NCBI GenBank assembly: GCA_019058245.1
Contig: JAHPZJ010000014.1
Location: 32,001-96,000 of the forward strand
Direction of reading: 5' to 3'
Length of the DNA stretch: 64,000 bases
From: Promethearchaeota archaeon
GTDB lineage: Archaea; Asgardarchaeota; Lokiarchaeia; Sigyniarchaeales; SOKP01
Part shown: positions 50,713 to 59,506 of the stretch, in pieces
How positions within the stretch are numbered: the stretch's first letter is position 1
Layout of the letters: every line of letters begins with the position of its first letter
Program-made: the position numbers and the translations under genes
The notes under the pieces: generated by a model
Database searches by the model: none
What the model saw: the letters and a program-made list of their open reading frames with translations, nothing else
What the model was told of the DNA's origin: nothing

Positions 50713-52080
50713 ATGGTCGATTTTGATAAAATTATTGACTTCTTTAATAATATGGATATTCCTAAAAATATGCTTAATAGAGGTCAACTGGTTTTAAATG
50801 AGTTTATGAATCCAATAAAAATCCTCTTTCAACAAAGATCTGTACCTCAAGAACCTTGGGCAGATGATCAAATAGAATTCCTCCTCCAGACGCTTTCAAA
50901 TATGGATACAGATAAAGATAAGAATGCTGCTAGAGTAGGTGAACGAGAAGCAAGAATTGCTTCTAAACTTCATTTAAAAACGTCAGCTGGATTCTGTCAT
51001 GGTGTTGGAAGAAGTGGTTTTTTAACAGCTCCTCAACCTAAAGCCCCTGGAGGTTCTATAATGTATGAACTTTCCAACTATTTAGCCAGAAATATTTTAA
51101 AAAATTTTGGTTTACCAAACATCAAGGACGCCATTGTAGTTCCATTATGTACTGGAATGTCATTATCCTTATCATTAGGGGCTCTAAAATCGGCTCAATC
51201 TAAAAAATCCTCTCATATCAAAAGAACAGTATTAGTACCCCAAATCGATCACCAATCGCTTCTGAAATCAATTAATTTACTGGGTTATAAAACAAAAATT
51301 ATCGAAGGGAAAATTTTTGGAGATGCTGTGAGGATTCCAGTTGAAGATATAACAAGTAATTTAGATGAGGACTGTTTTGCGGTAATCTCTGTAACTAGTT
51401 TTTTTCCACCCCGAGAGCACGATAATATTAAGCAAATAAGCAAATTTGCTAAAGAAAATAATCTTATTCATATCGTCATAAACGCATATGGTGTACAAAG
51501 TCCCGAATGGATGGCACTTATTAAATCTGCAATTGATGCGGGGAGAGTAGATGCAATAATTCAATCAACTGATAAAAATTTTCTTACCCCTGTTGGTGGC
51601 TCGTTAATAGCCTCACCAATCAAAGAAAATATAGTCAAAATAAGTCAAGCATATGCAGGTCGTGCTTCAGCAACTCCAGTTGTAAATTTTTTGATTTCAA
51701 TGTTATCATTAGGAATTTCTGGTTATCAAAAATTAATTACAGAGCAACAGCAGAATCGAAAAATTCTTGAAAGTAAACTAAGAGAAGTAGCTGAAAATAT
51801 TAACGAGAGAATACTTGATGTCTTCAATCCAGTTGCGGTAGGTATATCACTAAACACTCTAAAACAAGACCAATTATACGCACTTGGTGGAGCTTTATAT
51901 AATTTGAGAGTTACAGGACCAAGAGTATATAATCCTAATGAAAAAGCATTTGGAACATGCTGTAATAATTATATTACTCCTTATATTGTAATGAATGCTG
52001 CAATTGGAGCAACTGAAAACGATATTCTGTCTGCTGTTGAGAGATTTAAAAAAGCATATAGACAAATTGTTAAAAAATAA
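50713..52080 (+). CDS. spcS: O-phosphoseryl-tRNA(Sec) selenium transferase (SepSecS)
   Basis: MDTD, VGEREAR, HGVGRSG…QPKAPG, TGMSL, NAYGVQ, QSTDKNF.TPVGG, YAGRAS. Confidence 0.95.
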   Translation: MVDFDKIIDFFNNMDIPKNMLNRGQLVLNEFMNPIKILFQQRSVPQEPWADDQIEFLLQTLSNMDTDKDKNAARVGEREARIASKLHLKTSAGFCHGVGRSGFLTAPQPKAPGGSIMYELSNYLARNILKNFGLPNIKDAIVVPLCTGMSLSLSLGALKSAQSKKSSHIKRTVLVPQIDHQSLLKSINLLGYKTKIIEGKIFGDAVRIPVEDITSNLDEDCFAVISVTSFFPPREHDNIKQISKFAKENNLIHIVINAYGVQSPEWMALIKSAIDAGRVDAIIQSTDKNFLTPVGGSLIASPIKENIVKISQAYAGRASATPVVNFLISMLSLGISGYQKLITEQQQNRKILESKLREVAENINERILDVFNPVAVGISLNTLKQDQLYALGGALYNLRVTGPRVYNPNEKAFGTCCNNYITPYIVMNAAIGATENDILSAVERFKKAYRQIVKK

Positions 52081-52205
52081 AATTACTCTCATAAATTTTA
52101 AAATTCTATTTAAACAGAAATAAAAATAAATAAAAACTAGAAGTTCTATCTATATTTTAATAAAAATTATTTAAACAATGCTAAATTGGTAAGTGGGGAA
52201 TCGCA

Positions 52206-52886
52206 ATGGAAAACAGGCTGTTAGACCAATTTAATAATGTTATTATCCCTCAATGGCCTTCTAAAAAAATAGAAGAGCCATATAATCCTTTAAATGCTCG
52301 GGAATTGTTCGAAATAGCTTATCACTCTGTTAATTCGGTGTCTATGAGAAATATTTACATTAAACAATCACCAAATGAGAATCAAGGTGGATCTAAAGCA
52401 ATTTTTTACTCTAACAGCAAAAAGTTCATAGCTATAGAAGGTTTAGAAAATAACTTAATAATTACTAAATATTTTAATGAAGGGACTACTGGAGATAAAA
52501 TTATAACAGAAATCCAACCTTTATTTATTCGAAGAAAAGAAAATTTTGCTAAAAAAGAAACGGAAATGAAAATTCAGATTTTAAAAAGCATTTTAGTGGA
52601 GAGAAAACTTGATGAATGTACAAATTTAGTATTGTTAAAAGGGATTAATCGAAGAATTTATTTTGCCATAGGTGATGCGAGAGAATCTGCTGCGGTAGTT
52701 CCAATCTTTATGGAAGCTGAAGGAGCTAGTCTAGTTCAATTAGCTTTAAATAAATGGATGGAAACCGCTCAAAGATTAGAACAAGAACATAACTTTCCTG
52801 ACAATCTTGTTACCGGAATTCTGAAAAATCTGACACAGATAAAAAAATGGCTACTTGATTTGGTCAGCTCATTTTTAGATAAATAA
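52206..52886 (+). CDS. Hypothetical protein
   Basis: 226-aa ORF with an SD-like GTGGGG; no motif recognised. Confidence 0.7.
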   Translation: MENRLLDQFNNVIIPQWPSKKIEEPYNPLNARELFEIAYHSVNSVSMRNIYIKQSPNENQGGSKAIFYSNSKKFIAIEGLENNLIITKYFNEGTTGDKIITEIQPLFIRRKENFAKKETEMKIQILKSILVERKLDECTNLVLLKGINRRIYFAIGDARESAAVVPIFMEAEGASLVQLALNKWMETAQRLEQEHNFPDNLVTGILKNLTQIKKWLLDLVSSFLDK

Positions 52887-53041
52887 AAATACCTTATTTT
52901 TCTATCTTTCTTTCTGAATTCAAATCTCAAAATAAGACGCCAGTATATTGTGAGATATTATTAAGATATATAAAAAAAAATGTAAATGGATGTTTCACGA
53001 TCTTTAAATTTCAAACTAATAAAATTAAAGATTCAATTAAA

Positions 53042-53246
53042 TGGGCCATCGGGGATTTTCATGCTCAACCTAACCAATCGAGCCAATTTGAACCCCGGAT
53101 TTCCTGTATAGAAGATAATCCCTCCTAAATCTCAGGTTTTTACTTTCTCGGACATCATTTTTTTGTGCGTCCGATGGTCATTTATAAGACCTGCGCTTGT
53201 TGACCAAGCATACAAAACCTCGTTAACCAAGCTAAGCAAATGGCCC
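53042..53246 (-). tRNA. tRNA-Ile (UAU) with four introns
   Basis: Exons 53246-53224, 53198-53182, 53137-53131, 53100-53087, 53055-53042 join into a canonical 75-nt cloverleaf GGGCCAT TT GCTT AGCTTGGTTA AAGC G CAGGT CTTATAA ACCTG AGATC CGGGG TTCAAAT CCCCG ATGGCCC A. Confidence 0.88.
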
Positions 53247-53387
53247 AAGTCAATTGAAAATGTTTAATTATTATAAACTAATTAAATCAGAAAAAAGATA
53301 AAAATTTTTATCTTTTTAATTTATAATTGAAATAATAAAAAGAGACTTTAGTTAAGTACAAAAAATTTTTGAAGTTGTTGATATACA

Positions 53388-53807
53388 ATGGCTGAAATGT
53401 TAACAGACCTCCTTCAGAATATTTATAAAAGAATTGCACAATTAGGACAAGCAATTCAAGAGCTTAAAAGAACTTTAGATGAGCTAAATCAAAATATTGA
53501 ACAAAAAATTTCAAATTTAACAGAAAAATTAGAAGAATTTTCTAATGAGATTAAAGTTACTCAAACTAAGCATGTCGATGCTGTATTGGAAATAGGAAAA
53601 GATACTACAAAAGAATTGAAGACTATTCAAGAAGGTTTGGGGTTAGAAGCTTTAAAAAATCTAATTAAAAAACTTGAAGATTTTGCTAAACTTTCTGAGG
53701 GTGTTCTCAATCAAGATACAGTAAATTTACTATTATCTGAAGCAATTGACTCTGTTAAAAATCTCAAAGAATCTCTCAAAGAAGAAGAACAAGAGGTAAT
53801 GGAATAA
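53388..53807 (+). CDS. Coiled-coil protein
   Basis: Heptad pattern throughout; N-terminus resembles the next gene. Confidence 0.7.
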   Translation: MAEMLTDLLQNIYKRIAQLGQAIQELKRTLDELNQNIEQKISNLTEKLEEFSNEIKVTQTKHVDAVLEIGKDTTKELKTIQEGLGLEALKNLIKKLEDFAKLSEGVLNQDTVNLLLSEAIDSVKNLKESLKEEEQEVME

Positions 53808-53833
53808 ATAAATTTAAATGTAATCAAAATAGG

Positions 53834-54262
53834 GTGAAAAAAATGGCTGAACAGTTATTAGATGAGATGATACAGAAAATAAATCAAATTATGGCTTCTT
53901 TAGATGGAACTATAGCACAAATTAACCAAATGAGTGGAGCTATTAATCAAATGACTCAAAACTTTTCTGAACAAACAGTTGCAATGACAGAAAATATTAG
54001 ATTAATTGTAGAAGTCTTAAAACAATTTAGAGTACAATCTAGTAAAAATTTGCAGGAACTTTCAGATGATTTTAACCAAAAAGTCAAAGAACTGTGGGAT
54101 AAAAAATCTATCGAAGCAATTACAGAAGAAGAAAAGAAAACAATTGGGATTATAAAAAAAGCTTCAAAAGCAGTGACCGATAATCTCTATTTTGCTCAAT
54201 TACTAAACATCATACAATCTATAAGAGAAGAAACAAATAGAATAATTAGTGCTAATCAATAA
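53834..54262 (+). CDS. Coiled-coil protein, probable paralog of the preceding gene
   Basis: MAEQLLDEMIQKINQI vs MAEMLTDLLQNIYKRI; same length class. Confidence 0.7.
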   Translation: MKKMAEQLLDEMIQKINQIMASLDGTIAQINQMSGAINQMTQNFSEQTVAMTENIRLIVEVLKQFRVQSSKNLQELSDDFNQKVKELWDKKSIEAITEEEKKTIGIIKKASKAVTDNLYFAQLLNIIQSIREETNRIISANQ

Positions 54263-54337
54263 TAAATTTTTAATTTTTTTCTACTTATTCTCAATTTAGA
54301 TTAATAAATAAAACATAAAAAAGGTGGAATTTTACTC

Positions 54338-55243
54338 ATGCCAATGGGGTGTTTTGTGATACTGCTTCCCAATGACGCTGATTATAGGGTATTGGGATAT
54401 TATTTTAAGGAGAGTAAATCAGAATTTGAAATTTCAAATGATTTATTTCTTAGACTTAATCTTGATCATTCAAAAAATGAATATAATTTATTAAAATTGA
54501 AGGATTATCAAATTTTCTCATATCTCCATAGTTTTAAGGGTAAATTAACGCGAAAGGCATCTGGACTTATCATTGGTCTCCTCTTAAATGAGAATGATGA
54601 ACTAGAACAATTCCGATCATCTCTTAAAGCAGGAGCAGAAGCATTTGAAATTCCAAGTCTCGATATTTTAACAAAATCCAAAGATGAATTTGAAATGCTG
54701 TTAAAGGATATTTACTTAGAACATTTAGAACCCTTAATGGATAGCTTAGAACCTGAAGCTCTAAAAAATAACGTTATTAATATCACTAAATTTATGCTTA
54801 GTGGCGGAAAAAAAGAAAGAAAAACTGCTCAAGAGCTCCTCGAAAAAATTGAAATAGGAGAACATAAAAAAATCTCAGAATGGTACGAAATAGCTGAAAA
54901 TGCGATTAAAACGTTAGATTATGAGAAAGCAGGTAAATTTTACTTAAAAGCAGCTGAAATGGCTGAAGCTTTATTTGTAATGGATATTGCAACCTTCCTT
55001 AAAGAAAAAGGTGTTTTTTCTAAGCAGTTTCCCGATCTATTAAAAGAAAGGGAAAAAATTGTACAAGAGGCTCGAAATGCCCTTAGAAATGAAGATTTTC
55101 ATCAAGCATATACCTTTTACAGAAAAGCAAGCATAATTTCTAAAAAACTTATCCAATATGATAAAGAAGAGGAATATAGGTTAAAATCAAAAGCATTAGA
55201 AGATTTTTATAAAATTGATGAAAAATATAGAAAAAATAAATAA
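54338..55243 (+). CDS. Hypothetical protein: possible longin-like N-terminus plus two MIT/TPR-like helical repeats
   Basis: MPMGCFVI… beta-rich start; A.NA….DY/F..A..FY.KA repeated twice. Confidence 0.5.
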   Translation: MPMGCFVILLPNDADYRVLGYYFKESKSEFEISNDLFLRLNLDHSKNEYNLLKLKDYQIFSYLHSFKGKLTRKASGLIIGLLLNENDELEQFRSSLKAGAEAFEIPSLDILTKSKDEFEMLLKDIYLEHLEPLMDSLEPEALKNNVINITKFMLSGGKKERKTAQELLEKIEIGEHKKISEWYEIAENAIKTLDYEKAGKFYLKAAEMAEALFVMDIATFLKEKGVFSKQFPDLLKEREKIVQEARNALRNEDFHQAYTFYRKASIISKKLIQYDKEEEYRLKSKALEDFYKIDEKYRKNK

Positions 55244-55310
55244 ATTTCTCTTGCTTAATTTGATATAAATACAATCTACATACACTCTTATTTTTTTCTC
55301 GATTAGACAC

Positions 55311-56141
55311 ATGGTAGGTTTTAATCAAAAGGTAATTTGTTTACTGACTGATTTTGGCTTAAAAGGACAACATTATATTGCAAGTATGAAAGCAGTGATT
55401 TTAAAAATAAATCATAATATTACAATAATTGATCTTTCTCATCAAATTACTCCTTATTCTATAATCGAAGCCTCTTACATATTAAAAACAACATATAAAT
55501 ATTTTCCTGAAGGAACTGTATTTATACTTGTAGTGGATCCTGGAGTTGGAGGATCTCGAGAAATATTAGCATTTAAAACTGTGTCAAACTATTATTTTAT
55601 TGGACCAAATAATGGTATATTTTCAGAAACTTTTACCGATATCATATCTGAATGTGTAGAAATTCAAAATGATGAATTCTTTCAAACACCAATTTCTAAT
55701 ACATTTCATGGGAGGGATATCATGGCTCCTGTTGGAGCATATTTACTCTCTGGTATTCCCTTAACTAGATTTGGACCACAATTTAACCCTTGTAATATAA
55801 TAGAAACCCCTAGTGTTTACAAAATAGATAGAGATATGAAATCCATTCAATGCATAATTCAATATATCGATTCTTTTGGAAATGGGACTACAAACATTCC
55901 AATTTTGAATAATAAAATAGTAAATAGTGAATTAGTGCTAAAGGAAAATACAAAAATAAAAGTAATTATCAAGGAAAATACGTATGAAGGACAAATTGTC
56001 TCTCATTTCTCGAATATTCCAATTAAATCAATGCTTTTACTTATTGGATCAACAGGTTTTCTTGAAATTTCACTTAATCAGGCAAATGCTTCAAAAGAAT
56101 TAGGTTTTAACGTTGGTGATACTATAACAATAAATTTTTAG
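55311..56141 (+). CDS. SAM hydroxide adenosyltransferase (DUF62, chlorinase/fluorinase family)
   Basis: LLTDFG, VVDPGVG, GPNNG, SNTFHGRDIMAP, IDSFGN, GFLEIS. Confidence 0.92.
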   Translation: MVGFNQKVICLLTDFGLKGQHYIASMKAVILKINHNITIIDLSHQITPYSIIEASYILKTTYKYFPEGTVFILVVDPGVGGSREILAFKTVSNYYFIGPNNGIFSETFTDIISECVEIQNDEFFQTPISNTFHGRDIMAPVGAYLLSGIPLTRFGPQFNPCNIIETPSVYKIDRDMKSIQCIIQYIDSFGNGTTNIPILNNKIVNSELVLKENTKIKVIIKENTYEGQIVSHFSNIPIKSMLLLIGSTGFLEISLNQANASKELGFNVGDTITINF

Positions 56142-56158
56142 GGAGGAATTATAAACCT

Positions 56159-57292
56159 ATGGAAAATGAAATTCTGGCATGTATAGAAAATAAAAATAAA
56201 AAATTTTTAGAATCAGGTCAAATTTCAAAATATATTTTTCCATTAGAACGTTCAGAGGCTCATAAAAAAAAAATCTGTCATCTAGTTACTAGGTTTTTTA
56301 TAATATCACAAAATTCGAAAAAAAATCCATTTTATCTTATCCAAAAGCGAGGAAAAAATAAAAAGGAATTTCCTGGATATTATACAGACTCATCTTCTGG
56401 ACATGTAATTTGGGAGAAAAATTTGAATCTAAATAAAATCAAGCAGAATGCTATAAGAGAACTTGAAGAAGAATTTGGTATTCCCCCTAAAGCGATTCAA
56501 AAGATGAATTTTTATAATATATCTGATGAAGGAGACGAAATAGCCTATATTTTTTTAGGGATTGTTGATAAGAATATTCCATTAAAACCTAATCCAAAAG
56601 AGTTAGATGTTAAAGCAAGCAGGTTTTATAGTAGAACTGAACTTAATAATTTGCTAAAGAATGAAAAAAATGTTGACCACTCAAGAAAAATATGGAAAAC
56701 TCTATTGAATACGGATATTATATCTCTTTTTAAGAATGAAAGTCAACATTCTTATGAGAATAAAGGCTCTGTTGCATTATTTATTGGCAGGTTCCAACCA
56801 TTACATCATGGTCATATTTATGTGCTTAACAATATTTTAAAATATTACAAAAAAGTTAAGATTGGAATAGGGAGTTCTCAACTTTCTTATACTCTAAATG
56901 ATCCCTTTTCAAGTGAAGAAAGAAATAAATTTATTATTACCGCACTAAAAAAAAGAAATATTTCCTCTAAACAATATGAAATATTTCCTATCCCTGATAT
57001 ATTCAATGCTAAAAAATGGGTGGATCATGTAATCTCTATTGTGGGGCAATTTAATTCAGTAATCTCTAATAGTGATTGGGTAAGAGAATTATTTTATAAT
57101 AAAGGGATTAAGATTGAGAAGAAAATAACCATATTTAAAAAAAAATTTAATGGAAATCACATCAGAACATTAATGGTAAAAAATGATAAAAAGTGGAGAA
57201 ATTTAGTTCCCAAAGAAGTAATCAAATTAATAGAAGAGTTTGGGGGAATTGAACGATTAAAATCTTTATATGAACAAAAAAATAACTTATGA
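56159..57292 (+). CDS. Nudix (IDI-like) / nicotinamide-nucleotide adenylyltransferase fusion
   Basis: N-terminal IQKR..K..FPG..SSGH…AIRELEEEFGI; C-terminal FIGRFQPLHHGH, IGIGSSQ, DPFS..ER, W..LVP. Confidence 0.85.
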   Translation: MENEILACIENKNKKFLESGQISKYIFPLERSEAHKKKICHLVTRFFIISQNSKKNPFYLIQKRGKNKKEFPGYYTDSSSGHVIWEKNLNLNKIKQNAIRELEEEFGIPPKAIQKMNFYNISDEGDEIAYIFLGIVDKNIPLKPNPKELDVKASRFYSRTELNNLLKNEKNVDHSRKIWKTLLNTDIISLFKNESQHSYENKGSVALFIGRFQPLHHGHIYVLNNILKYYKKVKIGIGSSQLSYTLNDPFSSEERNKFIITALKKRNISSKQYEIFPIPDIFNAKKWVDHVISIVGQFNSVISNSDWVRELFYNKGIKIEKKITIFKKKFNGNHIRTLMVKNDKKWRNLVPKEVIKLIEEFGGIERLKSLYEQKNNL

Positions 57293-58350
57293 ATGACTCA
57301 GAATTTTTAGAAATTGATGGATCCTTTGGAGAAGGTGGGGGTGCTATACTTCGATTAGCAGCAGGTCTTTCTATTCTAGTTAAACGCCCAATCCGCATAA
57401 AGAATATTCGTGCAAATAGACCCAAACCTGGATTAAGATTACAACATCTAGTAGGATTAAAGACACTTGCAGAATTAACTAACAGCACCTTATCTAATTG
57501 TAAGGTAGGAACTGGAGACATTACATTATATCCTAAACAATCACTTAAAAATAAAATAAATGTTGAGATTGTTACAGCTGGGAGTATAGGGTTGTTACTT
57601 CAACCGATTCAAATTGCTTGTTTGGGATTTAATAAACCAGAAAAAATAGAGGTTCTTATAAATGGAGGGGGGACATTTGGCAAATGGGCTCCAAGTCTTA
57701 ATTATCTCAAAGAAGTAACGTATCAGATTTTTCAAAACCATGGTTTTAAAGTCGATATTAATATAGATAAACATGGATTTTATCCTAAAGGAGGTGCGAG
57801 AGTTAAGTGTACGTTATATCCTCCCAAAAATGAACTTAAACCAATAGTTTTAACGAAACTTGGAAAAATAGAAATAATTCATGGTAAAATAATTGTGACA
57901 AACCAATTAAAAAGCAAAAAAGTTGGAGAACGAATAAGACTCTCTGTCATTAACCAATTGAAGAAAGCATTAGATTTTGATATTAAACTCGATATTACAT
58001 ATGTAGATTCTTTAAGCTCGGGAGCGGGTCTTTCATTGTGGACATATTCAGATACAGGGGCTATTATTTCTTCAGGAACAATATTAGGTGAACGTCATAT
58101 TTCTTCAGAGAAGCTTGGAGAATTAGCTGCCAATGAACTTCTTAAATGTATTAGAAATAATATCCCTGTTGACAATTACTTAAGCGATCAACTAATTCCT
58201 TTCATGGGGTTCGTTAAAAAGCCATCAAAAATAAAAGTACTTGAGGTTACAAGTCATACTAAAACTAACCTGGAATTATTAAAACTCTTTTTTAAAAGAG
58301 ATTTTCTTATAAAAACAAAAAACACTTATTCTATAATTGAATTTCAATAA
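57289..58350 (+). CDS. rtcA: RNA 3'-terminal phosphate cyclase
   Basis: IDGSFGEGGGAILR, IRANRPKPGL..QH, GFYPKGG, DQLIPF, TSHTKTN. Confidence 0.93.
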   Translation: MNDSEFLEIDGSFGEGGGAILRLAAGLSILVKRPIRIKNIRANRPKPGLRLQHLVGLKTLAELTNSTLSNCKVGTGDITLYPKQSLKNKINVEIVTAGSIGLLLQPIQIACLGFNKPEKIEVLINGGGTFGKWAPSLNYLKEVTYQIFQNHGFKVDINIDKHGFYPKGGARVKCTLYPPKNELKPIVLTKLGKIEIIHGKIIVTNQLKSKKVGERIRLSVINQLKKALDFDIKLDITYVDSLSSGAGLSLWTYSDTGAIISSGTILGERHISSEKLGELAANELLKCIRNNIPVDNYLSDQLIPFMGFVKKPSKIKVLEVTSHTKTNLELLKLFFKRDFLIKTKNTYSIIEFQ

Positions 58351-58487
58351 TAAGTAAAAAATATGTGAGTAAAAAAGACTATTCAAAGATTATTTTAATT
58401 TAGATTTAATACAAAAATTAGAAGAAATTTTTATAAGATTATTTTATTATATGATTATTATAAAAATTATTAAATTTCCCTAGAAGA

Positions 58488-59435
58488 ATGTCTCAGACAG
58501 TTGCTGCATTTCAGCGTTGTCCTAGATGTGGAAATGAGAATAGTGCCGATATTTTTGCATGTAATTTCTGTGGATATCGATTAAAAATTGAAAAAATTGA
58601 AAAAATTAGTTTTTTTAGGAGATACGAAGCAGAATGGACTACGCCAGATCCATGGTATAAGAAAATTTTATATCTTATTATAAATCCCCCAAGAGCCTTT
58701 CACGATATTAATCATAAAAGAAGTCAAGCTCCTGGGTGGTTAATTTTATTATTTATTGCACTATTATATGGGTTAATGGGCCTAGCTTTCTTTTCACATT
58801 TTAATATTGTGGCAATCTCAGATGATCCCCTTCGAGAATTCCTGTTTAATTTGAGTTTTTTTGTGTCTTTCTTTGTGTTTGGCTATATTTTTCATTTAAT
58901 TTATTTTGCAATTCTAATTTGGTTATTCACAAAAGGAGCTAATTATGCTGTAGGATTCTCAGATAGATTAGAAAAACGTTTTGGAGGAGTAAAAGAACAA
59001 AGGGATAAATATAAACAAACAGATGTGAGTCCGTTTAGTATTTATAAAGGGGGTACTATGTTACAATTGGAAGGGGCATATAAATTTAGAATGATGTTAT
59101 GTGCATTTATACCATTCGTATTAATATATGCTATTAAAATTCTAATTATCCTTGTTGGTTTTCAACCCGTGACCATTGGTGATGAAGATCTAACGGCTCA
59201 ACAAGCACTTGATAATATCCCTATTTATTTTGATCTGATTTTCAATTCTCCAACCTGGGCTATTTTCGATATAATCGATGCGGTAATTATTGCATCTTGG
59301 GTACCAATTCTAATGACACTAGCAATAAGAGAACTAAGCAATTGTTCTACGACACGAGTGCTTGTCTCCACTATTATCATTGGTGTTATTGTAGCAATTA
59401 TATTCTATTTTCTGCGTCCAACATTATTTGGTTAA
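58488..59435 (+). CDS. Zinc-ribbon plus Yip1-like membrane protein
   Basis: CPRCG…CNFCG; LIINPPRAFHDI (the Yip1 P..F..I motif); 5 TM helices. Confidence 0.65.
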   Translation: MSQTVAAFQRCPRCGNENSADIFACNFCGYRLKIEKIEKISFFRRYEAEWTTPDPWYKKILYLIINPPRAFHDINHKRSQAPGWLILLFIALLYGLMGLAFFSHFNIVAISDDPLREFLFNLSFFVSFFVFGYIFHLIYFAILIWLFTKGANYAVGFSDRLEKRFGGVKEQRDKYKQTDVSPFSIYKGGTMLQLEGAYKFRMMLCAFIPFVLIYAIKILIILVGFQPVTIGDEDLTAQQALDNIPIYFDLIFNSPTWAIFDIIDAVIIASWVPILMTLAIRELSNCSTTRVLVSTIIIGVIVAIIFYFLRPTLFG

Positions 59436-59506
59436 ATTTATTAGCTCTTAATCCAAAGGATATATAAAAATCTGATTTTATTTTTTATTCTTTAACGAAG
59501 CACAAC

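Noticed and set aside
50587-50787. 66-aa minus-strand ORF
   Set aside because: Antisense to tRNA-Sec and the SepSecS start
53138-53190. Alternative parses of the anticodon region giving Met/Ile2 (CAT) or Arg (TCG) via the GGTC/GACC mini-hairpin
   Set aside because: They do not give both a 7-nt loop and a consistent second splice motif; the UAU parse gives a canonical loop with Ile identity elements
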